This document shows positions 8,488 to 18,193 of a stretch of 64,000 bases of DNA, in pieces. The position numbers and the translations under genes were made by a program. A model generated the notes under the pieces. The model made no database searches and was not told the DNA's origin. It saw only the letters and a list, made by a program, of their open reading frames with translations. Source of the stretch: Candidatus Latescibacterota bacterium (GTDB lineage Bacteria; Latescibacterota; UBA2968; UBA8231); NCBI GenBank assembly GCA_965242865.1, contig CBDETK010000013.1:2624001-2688000 (forward strand), read 5' to 3'. Positions within the stretch are counted from its first letter, which is position 1. Every line of letters begins with the position of its first letter.

Positions 8488-9761
8488 GCGCGGCTCGTTT
8501 CGGTCAACTGGTCGAGAGGGACGTTTTGCTCGACGCCGGTGGATAGGGTTTTGATCCGCACCTGACCGGCGGCCCATTCGTCCGGGGCCAGCAAGACCAG
8601 CCGAGCGGCCCCGAGCTGGTCGGCGCGGCGAAAGGCCCAGCGGACTTTTTTGTCTTCGAGGACCAAATCAACCGAGCGGCCGGTCTGCCGCAGTCGGGCC
8701 GCCACGTCTATGGCGGCCGGGCGCAGGTCGGCGTTGAAGGCAAAGACTAGGTCGTCCACGGCCTTGGAAACCGCGGGCAGCAGCCCTTGGGCCTCGAGCA
8801 ATTCGACGATGACCGCGTCGCCACAGCCAAACCCGCAGGCCGGTACGTCTTGGCCGCCAAAAGTCGAAAGCAGCCGGTCGTAGCGGCCTCCGCCGCAGAT
8901 GGCGCGCAGGTCGCCGCCGCGGTCAAAAGCCTCAAAGACGATGCCCGTATAATAGGCCAGTCCCCGCACTAGACTCGCCTCAAACGAGAGCCAATCGACA
9001 TAGCCGTAGTCAGCGGCCAAGTCGAAGAGACGATGCAGTTCGGCAATGCCGGAGTGGTCGGTTCCGATTGCGGCGGCTATCTGGTCGAGTTCGTCCGCGG
9101 AGAGGGCCTCGATAATGCGGTCAACCATGCCGCGATCCAAGCCCAAGGCGGCCATGTCGTCCTCAAGGGCTGCACGCGGCACTTTTTCTAGCTTGTCAAT
9201 CAGGACGCACACCGGGGCGAATCGGTCGTCGGACACGCCGAGGCCCTGGAGCAGCCCTTGGAGAATTTTGCGATTGGATACTTTGATGCCGACGTCCGCC
9301 GGGCCGAGGCCGAGGCCCTTAAAAAAGGTGGTGAGGGCGGCGAGCAACTCGGCTTCCGCGGTCACCTCGGCAACGCCGACAATATCCATATTCCACTGAT
9401 AGTGTTCGCGTCTGCGCCCGCGGGTCATGCGCTCGTAGCGCCAACACTGGGGAATGCTGAACCACTTGAGAGGCAGGGCCAAGGAGCCGCCCTTTTGCAG
9501 CACCAGCCGAGCCAGCGACGGGGTCATTTCCGGGCGCAGAGCTAGGCGGCGTCCACTTTTGTCGGCAAAGTTGTAGAGTTGGTCGGTGATTTCCTCGCCG
9601 GCCTTGCGCGTGTAGAGGGCTTCGGATTCCACGACTGGAGCGTCGTATTCTTCAAAGGCAAAAAGATCCGCCACCGCGCGAAAATGGCCCAGCAACCAGT
9701 TGTGCTGGCGCATATCCTCGGGGAAAAAATCGCGGGTGCCGCGAGGTGGAGACAGGTTCAT
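8484..9761 (-). CDS. hisS: histidine--tRNA ligase
   Basis: PRGTRDF, LRPEMTPS, WRYER..GRRREHYQ, LVRGLAYYTG, GGGRYD. Confidence 0.98.
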   Translation of the reverse strand: MNLSPPRGTRDFFPEDMRQHNWLLGHFRAVADLFAFEEYDAPVVESEALYTRKAGEEITDQLYNFADKSGRRLALRPEMTPSLARLVLQKGGSLALPLKWFSIPQCWRYERMTRGRRREHYQWNMDIVGVAEVTAEAELLAALTTFFKGLGLGPADVGIKVSNRKILQGLLQGLGVSDDRFAPVCVLIDKLEKVPRAALEDDMAALGLDRGMVDRIIEALSADELDQIAAAIGTDHSGIAELHRLFDLAADYGYVDWLSFEASLVRGLAYYTGIVFEAFDRGGDLRAICGGGRYDRLLSTFGGQDVPACGFGCGDAVIVELLEAQGLLPAVSKAVDDLVFAFNADLRPAAIDVAARLRQTGRSVDLVLEDKKVRWAFRRADQLGAARLVLLAPDEWAAGQVRIKTLSTGVEQNVPLDQLTETSRA

Positions 9762-9888
9762 AGCGAGGGCTTTCTATAAAAAGGGGAAGGACAGGTTGCG
9801 GCTGGGAGCGAGCCGAGGGGCGATAATTGCGCGACCCTTAGCAGCGAGAAAAGGTTTTGACAGCGGTGATTTTGAGTGGATTGACCCG

Positions 9889-10092
9889 CTAGCCGAACAA
9901 CTTTAAGGCCCCGATGAGGCCCCAGGTCGCCACTTGTAGAACAATGACCCACCGCAAGAGGCTGTCGAGCTTGGCTTCAACGCTACCCAAGCGGATGTTG
10001 ATTTGCTCGACAATGCCCTCCAGTCGGGCGATGCGCCCCTCGTGATCCAACAGATACGGCCGCTCCGGCGGCTTATCGGTCATATTGGTCAT
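9889..10092 (-). CDS. small coiled-coil protein with C-terminal TM helix
   Basis: RIARLEG..RLGSVEAKLD heptads then LLRWVIVLQVATWGLIGAL; AAGGAG RBS upstream. Confidence 0.6.
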   Translation of the reverse strand: MTNMTDKPPERPYLLDHEGRIARLEGIVEQINIRLGSVEAKLDSLLRWVIVLQVATWGLIGALKLFG

Positions 10093-10175
10093 ATCAAAAC
10101 TCCTTTTTGTTTGTGCCCATTGATCAAGGTGTCCGCAAGGGCACGGCTGCGGTCGTCTATAATATCAGGCCGCGA

Positions 10176-11060
10176 CTAGCCCAAAGCAAAGACCGCCTCG
10201 CCGACGACGATGGCCACAAGCCCTAGCAACATGCCGACTTTGAGCAAGCGGCCGAGGCGGTCGTCGGCCAGTACTGCGCGTTGGCAATACAACTGCCAGA
10301 GGACGTAGCCGACCAAGGCGTGAACCGGCAGCAGAGCGAACGCGTACAGCGCGCCGTAAAGGCCCATGAAAAACGGCATCCAAGTAAAGCCAACCAACAC
10401 CAAGTACACGAGGGCTGCCAGCATCCCAGCTTGGGCGCGTCCCCAAGCAAGGGGCAAGGTGCGCTCGCGGCGGATTTGGTCTCCGGCGATGTCCTCGATG
10501 TCCTTGATCATTTCTCGTCCCAAGTGAAAGAGGAAGGCAAAGAGCGCGGGAATCCACGAGCGGCCTATACCGCCAGCGGTTAGAGCACCATAAGGAAAGG
10601 CAACGGCCCCGACAAAGGCGACGAGTACATTGCCCCACAGCAGGCTGTTTGTTAAGAAAATGCTATAGAGCGCGAGCAAGGCGACGGCGATTAGGGCGAT
10701 CAATCCATGCCCAGGGCTGAGGCTGAACGCGAGCGCACAGCCGGCGAGGGCGAGAAGCAAACTCTGCGTTCGGGCCGTGTTCGGGCTGAGGCGACCGGCC
10801 GGCAGGGGGCGCAACGGGCGATTGACGCGATCGATGTCTATGTCCATCAAATCGTTAAAGGCATTGCCGGCGCCGTTGATCAAGGCGGCAGAAAGAGCGG
10901 CGAGCACGAGGGCCGGCCAAGCCGGGGCTTGGTCTGCGGTCAAAGCACCAATGCCGACCGAGAGGGCGGTAATCAGGCCGTTGAACGGCCGGGGCAGGAG
11001 GAAAAAGGCACTGAGTTGCGACAAGGGTCTCCGTTTGTAGGCGAGTAACAGTTTCCTCAT
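10176..11060 (-). CDS. UbiA-family prenyltransferase (DGGGP synthase-like)
   Basis: NAFNDLMDIDIDRVNRPLRPLPAG and REMIKDIEDIAGD Asp-rich motifs; multiple TM helices. Confidence 0.9.
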   Translation of the reverse strand: MRKLLLAYKRRPLSQLSAFFLLPRPFNGLITALSVGIGALTADQAPAWPALVLAALSAALINGAGNAFNDLMDIDIDRVNRPLRPLPAGRLSPNTARTQSLLLALAGCALAFSLSPGHGLIALIAVALLALYSIFLTNSLLWGNVLVAFVGAVAFPYGALTAGGIGRSWIPALFAFLFHLGREMIKDIEDIAGDQIRRERTLPLAWGRAQAGMLAALVYLVLVGFTWMPFFMGLYGALYAFALLPVHALVGYVLWQLYCQRAVLADDRLGRLLKVGMLLGLVAIVVGEAVFALG

Positions 11061-11306
11061 AAGTACGCGACACTTACTTTGCGTACCTGTTCCTGATGCG
11101 TCCGGGATCGAGGCAAGATGCCCTCGATCCTTGGAACGCTGGTCGCTGGTGTCGTGTAGTAAGCAGTTTTCCTATAAAAGCAAAGGGCGACAGGCGACGC
11201 CAAGCGGCTTTTGGCGGCCAAGGTGCGCGGGCCGATTTGTTCTTGACAGGGCCTGACGCGCACAGTACGTTCCCTAACGTTTTGTTTCTCAAAGAGTAAG
11301 CTAGCC

Positions 11307-13370
11307 ATGAACACAATTAAAGGGGCGTTGTGCGCCTCTCTTTTTTTTAGCGGCTTCGCTTGGGCCGATCCGCCCTTGGTCGGCCTGTCTTGGAACGCAC
11401 CCACCGAACTCGCTGCGATCGCCGAGCGGAGCGAGCAAGTGCGCTACGTGGCGCGCGGCATCGCTTTTGTCGAGGCCAGCGACCGTGCGGTCGCGGAGTT
11501 CGCAACGCGGGGCTTTACCATCCTTTGCCTCGACAGGCCGCAGGCGGGCGACCGCTATTTTGTCGCCGCTCACCTCGATTTGCCCCTGCCCCAAGGCGTT
11601 GAATTGGTCTTTACTCGCGGCGGCGAATGGGCGCTCTTGCGGGTGGAGCCGACCGCCCGCTTGCACGAAGGGCCTTACTTCCTCTGGCCCCTGCCCACCC
11701 ACTACAGCCTAGACGGGTGGTTGGACGCGCCTAAGCGGGCACCCAAGGCCCTGCAAACGGCCTCGCCGGCTGTGGCGGCCCTCATCGAGGAAGTCGCCGC
11801 CGAGCGCTTGCAAGCCCACGTCGAGGCCCTCGCGTTGAAAGACCCGGCTTTGGGCAGCGTCCCCGGCAACATGCGCAGCCGCTTTGCCGTGCATCCCGAG
11901 ATACGCGAGTCAACCGAGTACATCCGCTCGCAACTGGCCGCGGCCCTCGGCGACCAAGCGGTCGAGTTGCATCCCTTCCCCATTGCCTCAGAGCGCGTAG
12001 TCTTTCACGCCTCGCGCCGCGGCAACGAGGGCCACGCCCCGACCGACACCACCGCGTACAACATCATCGGCACCCTGCCGGGCACGGACCCAGCGGCCGG
12101 GTACTACATCATCTGCGCTCACTACGACGCCACCGGGGTGCGCTCGGCCGGCGGCTGGGACTGGATTCGCGAGCCGGCACCCGGGGCCGACGACAATGCC
12201 AGCGGCGTGGCCTTGGTCTTGGAGAGCGCGCGGCTGTTGGCCGCGCAGCAGTTTCCTTGGTCCATTCGCTTTATCGCTTGGTCAGGCGAGGAATTGGGCC
12301 TGTTGGGCAGCCAAGTGTACGCCGACTTAGCGGCCGAGCGCGACGACAAAATTCTCGGGGTGTTCAATTTCGACATGATCGGCTTCAATCACTTGCAGCA
12401 GCGGTTGGAGATCGTGACGAATCCCGGGTCGCGCTGGCTGGCGGCCGAGATGGCGTCGGCCGCCGAGCGCTACGGAATCGGGCTGGCTATCGACGTGCTC
12501 GAAGACCCAGGCTCGCGCATCAGCGACCACGCGCCGTTTTGGAAGTGGGGCTACGACGCCATCGTCGGCATTGAAAACCACCTGCCCGCAGACCCGACGA
12601 CCTACGGCGTGCGCGAGGGGGTCTATCGGGTCAACTCCCAGTACCACACGGTCGTCGATGTACCCGACAGCATCAACTGGGAGCTGGTGCGCCGCACCAC
12701 CCAAGTGGCCGTGGCGACGGTGGCCGAGTACGGGTTGGGAGAAGGCCCGCCGAATTTGGCGGTCTTCACCGGCGACTTGCGCGGCGACCGCACGGACGAT
12801 CTCCGCGTCCGCGTCAGCAATCTCGGGCTGGGCGCGGTCGCGAGCAGCTTCTCGGTGCGGGTCTCGCGCTGCGCCCTAGACTCCAGCCGCTGCCAAGTCA
12901 TCCACCGGGCACAGGCCCCAGCGGGCTTGGCCCCCGGCGCGAGCGCGGACTTGCGCATTCCCCATCAGCGATTCGGCGAAATGGTCTTTTTGATCGAGGT
13001 CGATGCGGAAGGGCAAATTGACGAAGGCAGCGAGGCGGACAACCGCGTCTTTCAGCGTTTGCGCCTGGTGCCCCAGTCCAAGCTCGCCGTCTTTCCCAAC
13101 CCCTTCCGCCTGGGCAACGGCCGCGTGCTTCGCTTCAGCGGCGTCCCGCTCAAATCCTCGGTGCAGGTCTTTGGGCCAGCGGGCGAGCTCGTGTGGGAAG
13201 CGATTGAGGACGACGACGCCCAGCGGCGCTTGGGGGCCGGGGCCAACGAGGTGCTGTGGTACGGAACCAACCTCTCCAACGCGCCTGTGGGCAACGGAAT
13301 TTACATCTATGCGATTTACGACCCAGCAGGAACCCTGCTGGCGAGGGACAAAATCGCGGTCGTGCGCTGA
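11307..13370 (+). CDS. secreted M28 peptidase with CARDB-like and FlgD/T9SS-like C-terminal domains
   Basis: Signal peptide, CAHYD, PGADDNASG, SGEELGLLGS, NFDMIG, SDH, YHT; C-terminal VFPNPF..WYGTN..GNGIYIY. Confidence 0.88.
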   Translation: MNTIKGALCASLFFSGFAWADPPLVGLSWNAPTELAAIAERSEQVRYVARGIAFVEASDRAVAEFATRGFTILCLDRPQAGDRYFVAAHLDLPLPQGVELVFTRGGEWALLRVEPTARLHEGPYFLWPLPTHYSLDGWLDAPKRAPKALQTASPAVAALIEEVAAERLQAHVEALALKDPALGSVPGNMRSRFAVHPEIRESTEYIRSQLAAALGDQAVELHPFPIASERVVFHASRRGNEGHAPTDTTAYNIIGTLPGTDPAAGYYIICAHYDATGVRSAGGWDWIREPAPGADDNASGVALVLESARLLAAQQFPWSIRFIAWSGEELGLLGSQVYADLAAERDDKILGVFNFDMIGFNHLQQRLEIVTNPGSRWLAAEMASAAERYGIGLAIDVLEDPGSRISDHAPFWKWGYDAIVGIENHLPADPTTYGVREGVYRVNSQYHTVVDVPDSINWELVRRTTQVAVATVAEYGLGEGPPNLAVFTGDLRGDRTDDLRVRVSNLGLGAVASSFSVRVSRCALDSSRCQVIHRAQAPAGLAPGASADLRIPHQRFGEMVFLIEVDAEGQIDEGSEADNRVFQRLRLVPQSKLAVFPNPFRLGNGRVLRFSGVPLKSSVQVFGPAGELVWEAIEDDDAQRRLGAGANEVLWYGTNLSNAPVGNGIYIYAIYDPAGTLLARDKIAVVR

Positions 13371-13389
13371 CGCGAAAGAGAGCTTGCTC

Positions 13390-13947
13390 ATGGAAACCAT
13401 CGGCAATTTGGTGACAGCGGCTCGTCTCGTGGAGCAGCAAGGCGATGGCTACCGCTGTGAATTGATTTTAGGAGAGGTAGTGAAGATGAGCCCGACCAGC
13501 GGCAAACACGGCGTCATTGCCCTTCGCATCGGGCGGTTGCTGGGCAATTGGGCGGACCAGCAGGGCGTTGGGCTGGTGTTTGCCGCGGAAACCGGATTCA
13601 AACTGGCGACCAATCCCGATACCGTGCGCACGGCCGATGTCGCCCTCGTGCTAAATGAGCGCGTCCCCGCTACGGGCGTACCCGACAGCTTCTGGGAAGG
13701 AGCACCAGACTTGGCGGTGGAAGTGCTCTCTCCCAACGACAGCGCGAGTGACGTGTTAGACAAGGTGCGCGATTATCTCGCGGCCGGGGCGGATCAAGTG
13801 TGGATCGCAGACCCCAAAAGCAGCGCGGTTTCCGTGTACAGGTCGTTACAGGACATGCAGACGCTGACGGCGCGGGAGACGTTAGTGGGGACAGGAGCCG
13901 TAGAGGGCTTTAGGTGCGGGGTTGGGGAGTTTTTCGCCGCACGATGA
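13390..13947 (+). CDS. Uma2 family endonuclease
   Basis: ELILGEVVKMSP...H, DVALV, GAPDLAVEVLSPND, KVRDYLAAG..VWIADP. Confidence 0.9.
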   Translation: METIGNLVTAARLVEQQGDGYRCELILGEVVKMSPTSGKHGVIALRIGRLLGNWADQQGVGLVFAAETGFKLATNPDTVRTADVALVLNERVPATGVPDSFWEGAPDLAVEVLSPNDSASDVLDKVRDYLAAGADQVWIADPKSSAVSVYRSLQDMQTLTARETLVGTGAVEGFRCGVGEFFAAR

Positions 13948-14600
13948 ACGAAGGGGAACTGGTGATTCGCGCAGTGTTGTGGGACAACGATGGCGTCCTA
14001 GTAGATACCGAGAGGCTGTACTTTCAGGCCGGGCGAGAGGTCATGGCAACGCAGGGTATTGAGCTGACGCCGGAGGATTTTGTTGAGCAGTCGTTGAAAA
14101 AGGGACAAAGCGTATTTGACTTGCTGCCCGACCCAGATGCGGAACTGATAGATCGGTTGCGCTTGCAGCGCAATGCGCGGTACAGCGCGTTGTTGCGGGA
14201 ACAGGTGCGGGTTTTGGATGGGGTGGTGGAGACGCTCCGGGCATTACACGGCCGTGTGCTCATGGGGGTGGTGACCGGGTCGCGGAAGGATCACTTTGAC
14301 ATCATTCACGCCCAAACGAATTTGCTCCCGTTTTTCGAGTTTGTAATCACGCGAGAAGATTACCAAGAAGCAAAGCCCCACCCCGATGCGTACTTGACGG
14401 CCATGCGACTGCATGGGTTGACGCCGGAGACCTGCGTCGTCGTGGAGGATTCGGAGCGGGGATGCGCTGCGGCCGCAAAGGCTGGGTTGCGCGTCCTCGC
14501 GGTGCCGAATGCGTTGTCGCAACGCGGCGATTTTTCACCGGCGTACAAAGTGCTGCGATCCGTCCGAGAGGTGGTGGACGAAGTGGAGCGGTTGCACTGA
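13944..14600 (+). CDS. HAD family phosphatase
   Basis: WDNDGVLVDTE, KPHPDAY, VVEDSERG. Confidence 0.92.
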   Translation: MNEGELVIRAVLWDNDGVLVDTERLYFQAGREVMATQGIELTPEDFVEQSLKKGQSVFDLLPDPDAELIDRLRLQRNARYSALLREQVRVLDGVVETLRALHGRVLMGVVTGSRKDHFDIIHAQTNLLPFFEFVITREDYQEAKPHPDAYLTAMRLHGLTPETCVVVEDSERGCAAAAKAGLRVLAVPNALSQRGDFSPAYKVLRSVREVVDEVERLH

Positions 14601-14626
14601 GGATCACGGCCAAAGCGCGCCCCGCC

Positions 14627-16390
14627 CTAAAACTCGGCCCCATCGCGCGTAAAGACTACGCGCCCCGCCAGCATGGTCAGCTCGACTTGAATGGCGTGAA
14701 TGCGATGCGGCGGCGTGCTGAACAAGTCTCGTTCTATCACAATTAAATCGGCCTGCTTGCCGGGCGCGATGACGCCCACCTCTTCTTCGAGGCGCAGTTG
14801 GCGAGCGCCGTTGGCCGTATAGCCCAGCAGGAGATCGGCGAGAGCCAGGCGTTGATCGGCTGGCGGCAAGGGCGTGCCTTCCTCGGCACCCGGCGCAAGG
14901 CGCGTGTGCCCGATCTCAATCCCGTACAGCGGCGAGGTTTGCGGAAAAGGCAAACCCGTGGCCGGATAATCCGCGCCAAAGGCAACCAGCGGCGCCGCAT
15001 CCCACATTGCTTGCAACAGCATCACCTCGGCACCGCGCGTTGGGTCGAGCAGGTGTGAATAGAGAGCGAGCGTCCCGCTTAGATCGTGCGCCCAATGGGG
15101 CGTGGTTTGGAGCATGACGTCCAGCGACTTCATGCGGCGCAAATCTTCGGGTGCGGCGAGCATGGCGTGTGCAACGGTGACGCGGCTGTCCGAGGTGGGT
15201 ACGGCCGTGCGGGCCGCGGCCACGGCATCCAGCGTCACGCGCAAGGTGCGGTCGCCAATGGCGTGAATGTGCGCGTCCAAATCGGCCTTTCGCAGCGCGG
15301 CGAGGAATTGGGCAAACGGTTTTCCCGCCAGCAAGACCGCGCCGCGGCCGCCGGCCGCATACGGTTTGAGCACCGCGGCCGTTTCGCCTTCTATCGTACC
15401 GTCGTTGGGAATTTTTACGGTGTGGAGATCGATGAGGCCCGAGGCGAACTCTTGGCGCATTTGGGCCACGCGTCGCGCCACGTCGTCGCCGTGCTCGTCC
15501 GGGCTGTTGAGATACGAGCTGGCGCGGAATCGCACGGGCAGTTGCCCAGCGCGCTCCATAGCGGTGAGGGCTTTCAGCGCGTTTCGCAGCAAGACGTCGC
15601 CGCCGGGAATGCCCGCGTCAAACACGGTGGTGATCCCCATGGCCGAATAATTTGGCAACATGTCGGAAAAGGCGGCGCGGAAATCCGCTTCCGAGCCAAT
15701 GCCAAAAAGCGGCACCAAGGGCCAAAAAGCATTGCCTTCCACCATCCAGCCCGTGGGGTCGCCGTTCTCGTCGCGCTGGTAGTAGTGGACCCCAGGCAAG
15801 GGGTCGGGCGTGTGCGCGGTGATGCCGGCCACTTCCAATGCCTTGCTGTTGACCCAAGCACTGTGCGCGTCGAGGGCGATGAGCATGACCGGGCGGTCGG
15901 AGACGACCTCGTCCAAATCGCCGCGGTAGGGGCCTTTCACGCCTGCAACATTGAGGGCGGTGTTGAGCGCACTCGGAAAGCCAAACCCGAACAAAACCTT
16001 CTCGTCGGGATGGGCGTCGGCATAGGCTTTCAGCGCGGCCTGCACCTCGGCGACGGTCTGCGTCCCGATGACCTGCAATTTGGCGTTGAGTAGGCCGGCT
16101 ACGGCGGGATGCGAGTGGGTTTCCACAAACCCGGGGAGGAGCATTCGGCCCTTGAGGTCAATGACGCGAGCACTGCTGTCGGCACGGCTCGACGCTTCCG
16201 CACGCGGACCGACGTAGTGAATCCGCCCGTCGCGCACGAGCACTGATTCGGCGCGAGGTTGCGTCTGCTCGCCGGTCCAGACCGTACCATTGACGAAGAG
16301 CGTCTCTTCGGCCATCAAGGGGGCCGAAGCGTCCCAAACGAACAGCGCACCCAAAAGCGCGACGATCCCTTTTTTCTTATAAATGCTCAT
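14627..16390 (-). CDS. secreted amidohydrolase (Amidohydro_3, YtcJ-like)
   Basis: PGFVETHSH, HSAWVNSKAL, HAIGDR, FGADYP, GKQADLIV; N-terminal signal peptide. Confidence 0.9.
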   Translation of the reverse strand: MSIYKKKGIVALLGALFVWDASAPLMAEETLFVNGTVWTGEQTQPRAESVLVRDGRIHYVGPRAEASSRADSSARVIDLKGRMLLPGFVETHSHPAVAGLLNAKLQVIGTQTVAEVQAALKAYADAHPDEKVLFGFGFPSALNTALNVAGVKGPYRGDLDEVVSDRPVMLIALDAHSAWVNSKALEVAGITAHTPDPLPGVHYYQRDENGDPTGWMVEGNAFWPLVPLFGIGSEADFRAAFSDMLPNYSAMGITTVFDAGIPGGDVLLRNALKALTAMERAGQLPVRFRASSYLNSPDEHGDDVARRVAQMRQEFASGLIDLHTVKIPNDGTIEGETAAVLKPYAAGGRGAVLLAGKPFAQFLAALRKADLDAHIHAIGDRTLRVTLDAVAAARTAVPTSDSRVTVAHAMLAAPEDLRRMKSLDVMLQTTPHWAHDLSGTLALYSHLLDPTRGAEVMLLQAMWDAAPLVAFGADYPATGLPFPQTSPLYGIEIGHTRLAPGAEEGTPLPPADQRLALADLLLGYTANGARQLRLEEEVGVIAPGKQADLIVIERDLFSTPPHRIHAIQVELTMLAGRVVFTRDGAEF

Positions 16391-16447
16391 GATCTTTCCT
16401 CTCTTTCTGTCTATGAGGAGTCATTTGTATGTTGCCGATTCCTTTTA

Positions 16448-16524
16448 GATCGGCACGGTCTTTTCTACCTATGTCATCCCGCAAACGCGGGAATCCAGTC
16501 TTGAATAACGTAGGATTGCTATAT
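16448..16524. mobile_element. degenerate MITE/REP-like element with internal hairpin
   Basis: GTCATCCCGCAAACGCGGGAATCCAGTCTTGAA resembles 43123-43155; ends in TAGGATTGCTATAT, an inverted match to the 43058 terminus. Confidence 0.6.
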
Positions 16525-16552
16525 TGCGGCCTTGGTCGAAGCATTCCCTTTT

Positions 16553-18103
16553 TTATAGAATCAGCAGCATCTTGCGGATGGCCTGCCGACCGTCGGCGTA
16601 TAGCCGCGCAATATACACCCCACTGCTGACGACTTGGCCGTGAGCATCGCGCCCATCCCAAGCCGTCTGATAGGTTCCCGCCGGCCGCATGCCTTCTACC
16701 AAGGTGGCTACCAACTGGCCGTGGGTGTTGAACACTTGCAGCGACACCGCCGATAGCTGCTGGAGAGTAAAGCCGATGTGCGTGGCGTGATTGAAGGGGT
16801 TGGGATAATTCTGCGCGAGATGGAACGAGCGCGGCGCACCGGACATGGACGAGGATGCAATCGCCGTAGGCAGATCGGGACGATGCCACCGGTACAGGCC
16901 CTCGTATGAGGGAATCCACAGATCCCCCCGACTGTCGAAAACCGGGGCACGAGCGACTAGGAACTCCTCCCAAGAGAACCCGGTCCAAGTGGTCCCCTCC
17001 AACATGCCAAAGTAGCCCCCTACCACGATCCACAGTCGACCCGCGGCGTCTTCCGTCATCTCAAAAACATTCCAGAATAAAGCATTCCAGAATATCCCGG
17101 CCTTATGGTAGTACTTCCAAGTCGAACCGTCCTTGACACACAATATCCAACAATCCAACCAGACGCGACCTTGGCTGTCCGGGAAGATCATCTGGACGTG
17201 GGATCGATACTTCGGATCAAAATCGAACGGAGCGGACGGGTCTTTGGAGCGATATGATGTCCACTGCGTCCCATTGAACGTGAGCGGGCGGTTCCATCGC
17301 CTTTCCGTGCCCCTCTCTGAGTCTAGGACTTTCCAAAACTCAAGAAGTGCCCAGAGTGTGCCGGATCGATCCACCGCAATGTTGACAACGTGGACGTCAT
17401 CGAAGCGCGCCTCGCTTTCGATGATGCCCATATCGGCGTGGGCGTAGGTCCACCAAGCCTGCCCGTCAAAACGCGCCAGAAGGAAGTCTGTGCCGCCGGT
17501 ACACCATACATCCCCATTCGGTGCTATCGCGATCGCGCGGCCCCCTCTCTCTTCAAATCGGTAGCGGGTCCAGCGCTGGTCACCGAAGCGGGAAAGCCCA
17601 TTCAAACTCCCCGCCCACACCTGACCTTGACCGTCCACGGCGACCGAGTGGATATGGTCGTCCGCCAAGCCATCCGCTTGGGTGAAGGTCGTCCACTGCT
17701 GGCCATCGAACCGGCTCAAACCCGCTGAAGTCCCCACCCACACATTGCCCGACGAGGCCGCCGCCAAGGCCGAAATTTTTCCATTCGCATAGCTGATCGT
17801 CGGTTGTCCACCCGCGCTGTCCTGGACGACGACCTCCACCGCCGTCAGTCGTGTACCCGTGCCCGTGCCGATCACGGCCGAGACCGGGGCCTCCATCGGG
17901 ATGGGTAGCCCCCCATCTACCACCATTGGCGTACTAAGCAGTCGCTGCTGCGAGCCATTCGGCGTATATAGGGTCACCTGCCGCGTTTCTTGCCCCGAAA
18001 GCCCAAGAGGCAATAGCAGTAATAGCAACAGATAGCCGCTCGCCGGACCAGCGAGCTTGGGACGCAATCGAATAGGAGATGAGGAAGGGCGTACACCGAG
18101 CAT
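16553..18103 (-). CDS. secreted beta-propeller (Reg_prop-type repeats) protein with FlgD/T9SS-like C-terminus, paralogue 1
   Basis: VWVGTSAGLSRFDG..W repeats; LAQNYPNPFN..WDGRDAHG..SSGVY; near-identical ends with 27133-28704. Confidence 0.85.
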   Translation of the reverse strand: MLGVRPSSSPIRLRPKLAGPASGYLLLLLLLPLGLSGQETRQVTLYTPNGSQQRLLSTPMVVDGGLPIPMEAPVSAVIGTGTGTRLTAVEVVVQDSAGGQPTISYANGKISALAAASSGNVWVGTSAGLSRFDGQQWTTFTQADGLADDHIHSVAVDGQGQVWAGSLNGLSRFGDQRWTRYRFEERGGRAIAIAPNGDVWCTGGTDFLLARFDGQAWWTYAHADMGIIESEARFDDVHVVNIAVDRSGTLWALLEFWKVLDSERGTERRWNRPLTFNGTQWTSYRSKDPSAPFDFDPKYRSHVQMIFPDSQGRVWLDCWILCVKDGSTWKYYHKAGIFWNALFWNVFEMTEDAAGRLWIVVGGYFGMLEGTTWTGFSWEEFLVARAPVFDSRGDLWIPSYEGLYRWHRPDLPTAIASSSMSGAPRSFHLAQNYPNPFNHATHIGFTLQQLSAVSLQVFNTHGQLVATLVEGMRPAGTYQTAWDGRDAHGQVVSSGVYIARLYADGRQAIRKMLLIL

Positions 18104-18193
18104 AACACGACCTCCATCAAAGGGGGGATGGAAGACATACGTTTGTCTAAACATGCAATAAAATATAACGAATGATCGGCTCGGAGTACACTT

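Noticed and set aside
15086-16093. Long antisense ORFs (e.g. 335 aa here, 344 aa at 31888-32922)
   Set aside because: Shadow frames of GC-rich genes with no recognisable motifs
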